From the NCBI RefSeq assembly GCF_000179635.2, contig NC_014833.1, forward strand, positions 1,470,001 through 1,502,000: a stretch of DNA of 32,000 bases, read 5' to 3'. Shown here one piece after another: positions 18,101-24,879 of this stretch. The notes below the pieces were generated by a model that saw only the letters and a program-made list of their open reading frames with translations, ran no database searches and was not told where the DNA came from. Each line of letters opens with the position of its first letter. Position 1 is the stretch's first letter. The stretch is from Ruminococcus albus 7 = DSM 20455. GTDB taxonomy: Bacteria > Bacillota > Clostridia > Oscillospirales > Ruminococcaceae. A program made the translations under genes and the position numbers.

Positions 18101-18485
18101 CAAGATGCTCTACCAGAGCATCTATGGGCTCGCAGCAGTCGGTGTATACACTGGGAAAGTACCTGCTTTTGGTTTCTACCATGAGTACAGGCTTGTGGAA
18201 GTTCTCGTGCAGCCATTCCTCCAGACGGTCAGCGGCACCTGCGGTCTGTATGCTGTCAGCCAGTACGACAGCCCCGTCGAAATGCTCCGCCCTCATCAGC
18301 GTGAATATATTTGATTCGCCCTTTTCACGCGATGCGGTGTCCTGATATTTATGGTACATAGCAAACACACAGGTATCCATATCGAGCGCAAAAGCGTTCT
18401 CCAGGAATCCTGTTATAAATCTGCTCTGATAGGCTTCGTCTGCTTGTCCGACGAATAAAGCGATACGTTTTTTGCTGTTGATCAT
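15138..18485 (-). CDS. multidomain protein: HTH-less LacI-type sugar-binding domain - GAF-like - EAL phosphodiesterase - C-terminal GIG-repeat beta-helix-like region
   Basis: The PBP1 pattern is strong (RIALFVGQ, PVLMVETK, IAFLCGK, AVICANDCMAIGLCQAL, IAVISYDS). EAL residues: YEVLMRSD, FINS, VELTEE, VDDYGTGYSNV, VKIDRT, AEGVET, QGFYTGKP. The last roughly 370 aa contain repeated CGIG/VCIGG/VCIGS/AAIGS/VGIG/TGIG turns. Confidence 0.8.
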   Translation of the reverse strand: MINSKKRIALFVGQADEAYQSRFITGFLENAFALDMDTCVFAMYHKYQDTASREKGESNIFTLMRAEHFDGAVVLADSIQTAGAADRLEEWLHENFHKPVLMVETKSRYFPSVYTDCCEPIDALVEHLVSVHGAADIAFLCGKKWHEHSQLRLHAVRSALEKRGLSLPEDRIIYGDFWYLSGEVCADLLTAGDKKLPDAVICANDCMAIGLCQALEERGISVPDEIAVISYDSTFEGRSSPKPVTSAVIPAKELGCYAAGYMADKLEGRETQPFYAAPQIFIGESCGCCHKENDDPELSLQRKSWDTVISREGFASVNNAMADDIISQTDLAGFTGMVYSYAFQLGAESFHLCIGDMWRYMGKSSDVHFGNDGYPDKMIYAVRFNKSHKDGIAGLDISFDSRLLLPDLLDEHEKPRAVFFTPVFCENNCFGYAAVEYGDEARSYDKVYREWIRLVSKGLESLRRYLETNRIQEQLNALKSSKFSALSFAYDTLDPDEKADYELVTRILDGNLFKYKFQPIVNTVDGSVFSYEVLMRSDAERSIPPLAIVRYADMQNRLVDIERSTFMNVLEIVKNKADKLNGAKIFINSIPGVQLADDDLAKVEEYLDLLTDTVVVELTEEAEMGDDELERMKSILKRHKTKIAVDDYGTGYSNVSNLLRYMPDYVKIDRTLISEIQIKPQKQHFVKEMISFCHDNGIRALAEGVETAEELRTAIMLGADLIQGFYTGKPESDLIPEISENVRREISEYHYEFTSGVVVQKYIAGKTNRVSLSALIKENFSEIVVGRGEMIYKDITVYGAPGLNSNVHITVEPGYKGRITLENISLLGDKNFQCIDIGEGADVTLVLSGDNVLRNSGITAAPTSRLTVEGDGNLVIVLNSKEFCGIGNMPDKTSGELIFEHSGTIEIKGHGSTGVCIGGGTGGKVRIFSGQFLLSSNSSKAVCIGSLTGDANVLIDSCNIIIDLNTNEGAAIGSVTGNTKASITKCSFRAQCDGSDIVGIGTVRGENTHVSVDISSMDIDMSGISLTGIGALRGSTNCELTSTVLKMTMSGVDSLAVGGYSDDTFIRMNRCDSRWDVRNNTGKDCHANEKNFSIINGLGRFTVNGSEIIRESSIG

Positions 18486-18541
18486 TGTGAAAACCTCTGT
18501 TCGACGGCCTTATAATATGCCGTTGTAAATATTCACTATAA

Positions 18542-18570
18542 ATTATAACACAAAAGTATATATTTTTCAA
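18542..18570 (-). promoter_or_regulatory. sigma-70-type promoter on the minus strand (TTGAAA-17-TGtTATAAT)
   Basis: Read as reverse complement: TTGAAA (18570-18565), a 17-nt spacer, TATAAT (18547-18542) preceded by TGT. Confidence 0.6.
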
Positions 18571-18902
18571 TATAATTTAAGAAAAAATTTCTTTCGGACG
18601 GCAAAATTTAGATGAAATAACAAATTAGAAACATTTGAAATAGCAAAATAACGGAACTTACGTCTTGATATTTTCTGACTATCCCTTTGGCACATCACCG
18701 CAAAGTGCTAAAAACACGGGAATATCGTGTTGCAGTTATCCTTGCCCCGCCGCAGACGGGGTTAGGTTGACCGCCGGGTATTTCATGTTCCGGTATAATA
18801 CTAATTAATTTGTTGTGTCATCGGGATAACCATATAATCTTTTGCAGAGGGAGATCATCGGCATTTATGGTATGATATTTACTATCAAGCGCAATATATG
18901 CG

Positions 18903-18931
18903 TTGACCCTTTGTAGGATATGTGCTATACT
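18903..18931 (+). promoter_or_regulatory. sigma-70-type promoter (TTGACC-17-TATACT)
   Basis: TTGACC at 18903-18908, a 17-nt spacer, TATACT at 18926-18931 preceded by TGC. It lies about 60 nt upstream of the ATG at 18994. Confidence 0.6.
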
Positions 18932-18993
18932 GTTTACAGTTTCTGACAGCGGATATCACGGGTCAGCCGATCAACAGACGAGGAGATGACGGC

Positions 18994-20763
18994 ATGAATG
19001 ATAACAAAGTAAAATGGGGCATTATGGGCACAGCAGGTATAGCATCGTGGGGGACTATCCCGGGGATGCTGAAGGCGGATAGTTGTGAGCTGTATGCCAT
19101 AGCAGGCAGGAGCCTTGAAAAAGCCGAAGCCTTCAGGGAAAGATTCGGATTCAAAAAGGCGTATAAGGGCTATGAGGCTCTGCTTGAAGACCCCGAGGTG
19201 GAGGTTGTATATGTTCCGCTGCCTAACGATATCCACAGCGAGTGGGTGATAAAGGCGCTTAAAGCCCGTAAACACGTGATCTGCGAAAAGCCGATGGCTA
19301 TGAATGAGATGGAGCTTCGCAGTATGTTCGCGGCGGCAAGGGAGAACGGCGTGCTGCTCATGGAGGCTTTTGCGTATCTCCACAGTCCGTACATCGCAAG
19401 GCTGAAAGAGATCGTATCATCGGGGGAGATAGGGGATATAGACTATATTGATACTGCCTTCCTTACGCAGGGCTATTCCGACGATTTCAGGCTCCGCAAG
19501 GAACAGGGCGGCGGCGGTATATATGACCTGGGCTGCTACTGCACCTCTATGATACTTTCCCTCGTAGATTCACCTATGGAGTACATAAAGGCTGATGCCG
19601 AGCTTGACGGCACTGGTGTTGACCACATGGCTTCTGTTATGGTGAGGTTTGAAAACGGTGTCAGGGCTTCTTTCAATGCAGGAATGATACTGGGTACAGA
19701 TACCTCCGACAGATACGACAGGCTGTTTATACACGGCTCAAAGGGGTATATCCGTTCCGATGTGGAGTATAACGGTGAGGGGGAGCTCTCCTTTACCGTG
19801 ACCGTCAAGGGCGAAGACGGCAGCAGGAACTCACGCACCGAAAAAGTCAGCGCAGGCTCTAACTACGCCCTTGAATTCCGGCAGATGAATGAGTGCATAA
19901 GGGGCAAGGCAGCGCCCTATATCACCGAGGAATTCTCTGTAAGGAATATGCGCCTGCTTGACAGCATACTTGATGCGGTGGGCTACGGCTCGTACCTATC
20001 AACGGAAAAAGGCGGTGTACAGACTATCCTGGATGCCCTTGAGGCAGGATACCGCTATATAGATACAGCAGCCTTCTACGGCAACGAGGAACAGATAGGT
20101 GAAGCCATAGCAGTATCGGGCATTGACCGTGATGATATATTCCTCTGCAGCAAGGTGTGGCGCGATGACCTTGGCAGGGAAAAGACCCTGAGATCATTTG
20201 AGGATTCATGCCGCAGACTGAGAACGGATCATCTGGATATGTACCTTATACACTGGCCAAAGAACAGCCCCGATGACAAGGACTGGATCGATAAGGTGAG
20301 GGCGTCATGGAGGGCTATGGAGGAACTGTATGAGCAGGGAAGGATAAAGGTGATAGGATTATCGAACTTCCTGCCACACCATATAAGACCTCTCCTGCAG
20401 ACCGCCAGGATTCGTCCCATGGTAGATCAGCTGGAACTCCACGCGGGGTATATGCAGGAGTATGCCCTTGCATATCTCGGCAAAGAGGGCATACTCCCTC
20501 AGGCATGGAGCCCTCTCGGCAGAGCGAAGCTGCTGGATGACAGCAGGATATCTGCCATAGCCGAAAAGTACGGCTGTACCAATGCCGCACTATTATTAAG
20601 GTACCTTAACCAGCGTGGCATACCTGTTATACCGAAGGCATCCACAAAGGAGAGGATGAGGGAAAACCTTGATATCTTCGGGTTCAGGATATCCGATGAT
20701 GATATGTCATACCTCTCCTGCCTGCCCTGCAGCGGCTGGTCGGGAGAACATCCCGATCTCTGA
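18994..20763 (+). CDS. fusion protein: Gfo/Idh/MocA-family NAD(P) oxidoreductase (N-terminal) plus aldo/keto reductase (C-terminal)
   Basis: ATG at 18994 lies 8 nt after AGGAG. The N-terminus has a Rossmann pattern (KWGIMGTAGIA) and EKPMA. The C-terminal half carries AKR catalytic-tetrad contexts (YIDTAAFYGNE, CSKVW, LIHWP) but lacks the usual N-terminal beta-hairpin of stand-alone AKRs. Confidence 0.8.
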   Translation: MNDNKVKWGIMGTAGIASWGTIPGMLKADSCELYAIAGRSLEKAEAFRERFGFKKAYKGYEALLEDPEVEVVYVPLPNDIHSEWVIKALKARKHVICEKPMAMNEMELRSMFAAARENGVLLMEAFAYLHSPYIARLKEIVSSGEIGDIDYIDTAFLTQGYSDDFRLRKEQGGGGIYDLGCYCTSMILSLVDSPMEYIKADAELDGTGVDHMASVMVRFENGVRASFNAGMILGTDTSDRYDRLFIHGSKGYIRSDVEYNGEGELSFTVTVKGEDGSRNSRTEKVSAGSNYALEFRQMNECIRGKAAPYITEEFSVRNMRLLDSILDAVGYGSYLSTEKGGVQTILDALEAGYRYIDTAAFYGNEEQIGEAIAVSGIDRDDIFLCSKVWRDDLGREKTLRSFEDSCRRLRTDHLDMYLIHWPKNSPDDKDWIDKVRASWRAMEELYEQGRIKVIGLSNFLPHHIRPLLQTARIRPMVDQLELHAGYMQEYALAYLGKEGILPQAWSPLGRAKLLDDSRISAIAEKYGCTNAALLLRYLNQRGIPVIPKASTKERMRENLDIFGFRISDDDMSYLSCLPCSGWSGEHPDL

Positions 20764-20784
20764 TACATCCCTTTGCAGATACGG

Positions 20785-20833
20785 CAAGCCCCCTGTGGTA
20801 CTTACGGTACCGCAGAGGGCTTGTCGGTTTTTT
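20785..20833 (+). terminator. rho-independent terminator
   Basis: CAAGCCCCCTGTGGTAC, loop TTAC, GTACCGCAGAGGGCTTG (two G-U/mismatch positions), then TCGGTTTTTT. Confidence 0.8.
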
Positions 20834-21691
20834 GTCGGTCTATTTTAACAAGGGGGATATAGCGGAAAATGTTATCAGTCAGTACTGCTGTGAACCCGAT
20901 GCTGTATGTGCTGTAGGGTCAGACATTCGCAATTTTTGACTGTCTATACTTTCAGTATATCAAAATTACGAAACTTAACAAGCTGATTTTTGCTGAGTGA
21001 ATGTATGCATTTACCGAATATTGCTAAACGCTTGGAATTGTTATAAAATTTACACTTGAAAAACCCGATGTTCAGGGCTTTCAGAAATGTGAGTCAAATA
21101 TTGTAAATGTTTTAGACACAAAAATCGCAATTAATGGCACTTAACAAATTCGCAATAAACTCAAACGTTTTCGTTTACATATGGTTCAAACAGTGCTTAT
21201 AAAATCCCCGTCAATATTGAATATCTGTGACAAAATACCCGTTAAGATATTTTATGAGGAGCTATGGGTCTGAACCTGCGGCGTATAATAAGAATTGTAT
21301 AGGATATGTATGATAGAAAAGATCAGCTGCCAAAACATCACAGCGGCATTGTCGGGAGAACATCAATGGGAAAGTGCTGAAAATATGGCTTCGCGGCAGG
21401 GGCTGAAACCATGCGGAGGTGATCTGCCGCATAAGATATTGATGACAGGCCATTTACCGATTGTTGTCATTGATAGAGAATATGTATGCTGTATGTTGAG
21501 CTGAGGATGAATACTGCATTCTGCATAAATTTACAGTTGTCCTGAATACTGCCGGCATGAATGATGAAGGTCATGTCCCTGCAAAAAGCCGACTTTTTGC
21601 CTGAAATATCCTCATGCATCAGAACAATGGAAATGTCTGAATATTATGGTAAAAATCACGAAATGAAACAGTGCTTTAACAAACTTCGCTA

Positions 21692-21720
21692 TTGACGTTT
21701 TTGAAAAATTGTGGTATAAT
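21692..21720 (+). promoter_or_regulatory. strong sigma-70-type promoter (TTGACG-17-TGgTATAAT)
   Basis: TTGACG at 21692-21697, a 17-nt spacer, TATAAT at 21715-21720 with an extended -10 TG. Confidence 0.7.
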
Positions 21721-21758
21721 AATTGCATGATTTTTATTTACTGAAAGGAATGATATAC

Positions 21759-22748
21759 ATGAGCAATATTCGTATAGGTATAGTCGGCTACGGCAACCTC
21801 GGCAGAGGTGTTGAACTGGCAATAAGACAGAATCCCGACACCGAGCTGGCTGCTGTATTCACAAGAAGAGATCCCTCTTCACTGAAAATACTCACTGAGG
21901 GCGTAGGTGTATACTCAGTTAATGATGTGGCTGATTTCAAGGACAAGATAGACGTACTTATCCTCTGCGGCGGCAGTGCTACCGATCTGCCTGTGCAGAC
22001 ACCCAAGTTCGCTGAGCTGTTCAACGTTATCGACAGCTTTGATACTCACGCAAGGATCCCCGAGCACTTCGCAAACGTTGATGCTGCTGCAAAGAAGGGC
22101 GGCAACGTAAGCGTTATATCCGTGGGCTGGGATCCCGGTATGTTCTCCGTACAGAGACTTTACGGCAGCTGCATACTCCCCGAGGGCAAGGATTACACCT
22201 TCTGGGGCAAGGGCGTATCTCAGGGACATTCAGACGCTATCAGAAGAGTTGAGGGCGTTGCTGACGGCAAGCAGTACACTGTACCCGTACAGGCAGCTGT
22301 TGACGCAGTAAGAAACGGCGAAGACCCCGAGCTGACCACAAGACAGAAGCATACAAGAGAGTGCTTCGTTGTTGCTGAGGAGGGCGCTGACAAGGCTAAG
22401 ATAGAGGAAACTATCAAGACCATGCCCAACTACTTCTCCGACTATGACACCACTGTAAACTTCATATCTCAGGAGGAGCTGAACAAGAACCACAGCGGTA
22501 TACCTCACGGCGGCTTCGTATTCAGAAGCGGCAAGACTGGTGTTAACGGCGAGACCCGTCACATCATCGAGTACAGCCTGAAGCTGGGCTCCAACCCTGA
22601 GTTTACTTCCAGCATACTCGTAGCTTATGCAAGAGCTGCTGTAAGACTTCAGAAGGAAGGCGCAGCAGGCTGCAAGACAGTATTCGATATCGCACCTGCA
22701 TACCTCTCTCCCAAGAGCGGCGAGGAACTGAGAGCATCAATGCTCTGA
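21759..22748 (+). CDS. ddh: meso-diaminopimelate D-dehydrogenase
   Basis: The N-terminus MSNIRIGIVGYGNLGRGVE closely resembles characterised Ddh N-termini (Corynebacterium type). The length of about 329 aa fits. ATG at 21759 follows AAAGGAA. The track start at 21723 falls immediately after the -10 box. Confidence 0.85.
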   Translation: MSNIRIGIVGYGNLGRGVELAIRQNPDTELAAVFTRRDPSSLKILTEGVGVYSVNDVADFKDKIDVLILCGGSATDLPVQTPKFAELFNVIDSFDTHARIPEHFANVDAAAKKGGNVSVISVGWDPGMFSVQRLYGSCILPEGKDYTFWGKGVSQGHSDAIRRVEGVADGKQYTVPVQAAVDAVRNGEDPELTTRQKHTRECFVVAEEGADKAKIEETIKTMPNYFSDYDTTVNFISQEELNKNHSGIPHGGFVFRSGKTGVNGETRHIIEYSLKLGSNPEFTSSILVAYARAAVRLQKEGAAGCKTVFDIAPAYLSPKSGEELRASML

Positions 22749-23560
22749 TGCATTTAGTACAATAAAGCGGACTGCTTTGGCACAGTGCTCATAAAATATA
22801 TGATTTAAAACGGAGGATGACCTTTCACGAGAAGGGTCGTCCTCTTTTTTTGTAAGCTAAACTGATGATCGGGAATGTGCCTTTTTATGGGGGTATCATT
22901 AATGATGATAATGGATAGTTGTTTCTAACAGTCCGCTGATTTGTACTTGTTTGTGATCTGATGAAAGCGGTGAGCATCAATGCTCTGATGCATTTAGTAC
23001 AATAAAGCGGACTGCTTTGGCAGCGTGCTCATAAAATTTATGATATAAAACGGAGGATGACCTTTCGCGAGAAGGGTCATCCTCTTTTTTGTAAGCAAGG
23101 CTTATGATCGGGAATGTGCCTTTTTATGGGGTCATTATTAATGATGATAATGGATGGCGGCGTTTAACAGTCCGCTGATTTGTACTTGTTTATAGTCTGG
23201 TGAAAGCGGTGAGCATTAATGCTCTGATGCGTTTAGTACAATAAAGCGGACTGCTTTATGCGGTGCTCATAAAATTTATGATATAAAACGAAGGATGTCC
23301 TTTCACAAGAAGGGTCATCCTCTTTCTTTGTAAGCAAGGCTTATGAACGGAAATGTGCCTTTTTATGGGGGTATCATTAATGATGATAATGGATGACGGC
23401 GTTTAACAGTCCGTTGATTTGTACTTGTTTATGGTCTGATGAAAGCGGTGAGCATCACTGCTCTGATGCATTTAGTACAATAAAGCGGACTGCTTTGGCA
23501 GCGTGCTCATAAAGGTCATTTATGAGCATTTGCTTGTAGCAGTCCGTTATTTTGTACTTA
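22732..23560. repeat. tandem array of about 240-bp units (3 full copies plus 1 truncated)
   Basis: Unit starts (GAGCATCA..) are at 22732, 22972, 23211 and 23450, giving periods of 240, 239 and 239. Each full unit contains the palindrome GAGCATCAATGCTC, an inverted-repeat pair of about 20 nt, and a terminator hairpin. Confidence 0.9.
22813..22851 (+). terminator. rho-independent terminator of ddh (repeated in each array unit)
   Basis: GAGGATGACCTTT...AAGGGTCGTCCTC followed by TTTTTTT. Copies lie at about 23053-23090 (perfect stem) and about 23292-23329 (degenerate stem, TTTCTTT). Confidence 0.8.
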
Positions 23561-24793
23561 TTTCTTGCCGTTCGGGAATATCTTATCGGGGCATATGGAC
23601 ATCATGTGGGCGATGGCAGGTTTACAATCATCCCACAGTCCGCAGCCGTCGTCGCTGCCGCTGGATTTCCATGCGAAAACACCCAGATAGCCGTTATTAT
23701 AGGCGGTCTCGTAGACATTGGAGATATCGTAGCCGTCCTTGCCCTTGGCGGGAAGTTCACCTATGACCACGGGCTTGGAGGTATCGAACTTATACTCCTC
23801 GGGGGTCTTATCGTACATAACGCCCCAGTTGGGTATCATCCAGTCATACCAGTGAGTTGACCAGAAATCCACGTAGGCAAGTGACTTATCGTACTTGCCG
23901 ATATCAAGGCTCTGCAGCTCGGTATCGGAGATGACGTTGCCGTTGAGCTGTTCGGAGTTATACTTTATCATACCCATGCCAACGGTGACGAGGACATCGG
24001 AATTGGCGTGTATAGCGGCGCAGGCTTTTGCGTAGTACTGCTCAAGGTCTATCCAGTTGAGCTTGCCGCACTCCTTGTTCTCGATTATCCAGTCGGGCTC
24101 GTTGCAGAGGTCTATGCTCCAGAGGTAGTCGCAGGCATCGTAGCGCTTTACAAGTGGTACTATATAGTTATCCACGTAGGCATCGGTCTTTTCGGGGGAC
24201 TGTACCAGCTGCCGCCATGCTTCGTAGTTCTGGTTGGAATCTTTGAAGTGGTCAAAAGATTGTACAGTTGCCATTACGTATATCTGATATTCCTCAGCCA
24301 GCATGAAAAGGCTGTCAAGGTCTTCCCAGTGGGCGGTAGTAGCACCCGAGAAATCGCCTTCGGGGGATATGACCATACCCACATCGCCGTTGCAGGATAT
24401 CCATATACGGCAGGCGTTTACGCCCTCGTTATGGAGCTTTTCAAAGTGCTCCTGCCAGAAGGGGAAGCTGAAGCCGCCGCCGAAGTCGTTCCACTTGTCC
24501 CAGGGGGTGTTTACACCGTTGAACCATATCTCCTTATTGCCTGCCATGAACTTGTTTTCTGCGATAGTGACTCTGGCAGAGCCGTCACATTTTGTTGTGA
24601 AGGGTTCAGCAGGGAGTGCCGCAGGGTCAGCGGAGTCGCTGTCGGCTTTGTTATCAGCGGTGCTTTCGGTCTTCTGAGCTGATTTGCTGTCGGCAGACTT
24701 CTTGCTTTCGGCGGTATCGGTGCCGCTGCAGGAAGCCATTCCAAATGTGAGTGCGCAGGCGCATACCAGCGCGATGGTTTGTCTGAACTTCAT
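23558..24793 (-). CDS. glycoside hydrolase family 5 lipoprotein (probable beta-mannanase/endoglucanase)
   Basis: Signal peptide with a lipobox-like FGMASC, then a Ser/Asp/Ala-rich linker. GH5 catalytic contexts are LCNEPDW (acid/base) and VVIGELPA (nucleophile). WFNGVNTPW is mannanase-like. Confidence 0.8.
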   Translation of the reverse strand: MKFRQTIALVCACALTFGMASCSGTDTAESKKSADSKSAQKTESTADNKADSDSADPAALPAEPFTTKCDGSARVTIAENKFMAGNKEIWFNGVNTPWDKWNDFGGGFSFPFWQEHFEKLHNEGVNACRIWISCNGDVGMVISPEGDFSGATTAHWEDLDSLFMLAEEYQIYVMATVQSFDHFKDSNQNYEAWRQLVQSPEKTDAYVDNYIVPLVKRYDACDYLWSIDLCNEPDWIIENKECGKLNWIDLEQYYAKACAAIHANSDVLVTVGMGMIKYNSEQLNGNVISDTELQSLDIGKYDKSLAYVDFWSTHWYDWMIPNWGVMYDKTPEEYKFDTSKPVVIGELPAKGKDGYDISNVYETAYNNGYLGVFAWKSSGSDDGCGLWDDCKPAIAHMMSICPDKIFPNGKK

Positions 24794-24879
24794 TAAATAC
24801 CATAACCTTTCTTTTTTACCCTGTTTGGATCATCAGGGAATAAATTTGTACACTTGCGGTGCTCTGTGCAAGATGAGCG

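Noticed and set aside
15205-18345. Numerous 60-180-aa plus-strand ORFs inside the 1115-aa gene, with similar ones inside the 867-aa and 578-aa genes.
   Set aside because: They are antisense shadows of long genes with clear domain motifs. Their translations are low-complexity or Ser/Pro/Leu-rich, and none has an RBS.
21262-21504. Overlapping 69-aa (plus) and 63-aa (minus) ORFs upstream of ddh.
   Set aside because: Neither has an RBS, and both are Cys/His-rich with implausible composition. The homologous copy at about 2160-2280 does not preserve either reading frame.
22866-22919. Mini-ORF MIGNVPFYGGIINDDNG, conserved in three array units with one apparently synonymous change.
   Set aside because: The RBS is weak or absent, the ORF lies immediately after a terminator, and its length varies (17-24 codons). 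Three copies are too few to separate coding constraint from simple repeat identity. It is mentioned under the array finding only.
22732-23560. Possibility that the regular repeats form a CRISPR array.
   Set aside because: The units are about 240 bp and homologous along their whole length. There is no alternation of short repeats with unique spacers, and no cas genes are nearby.
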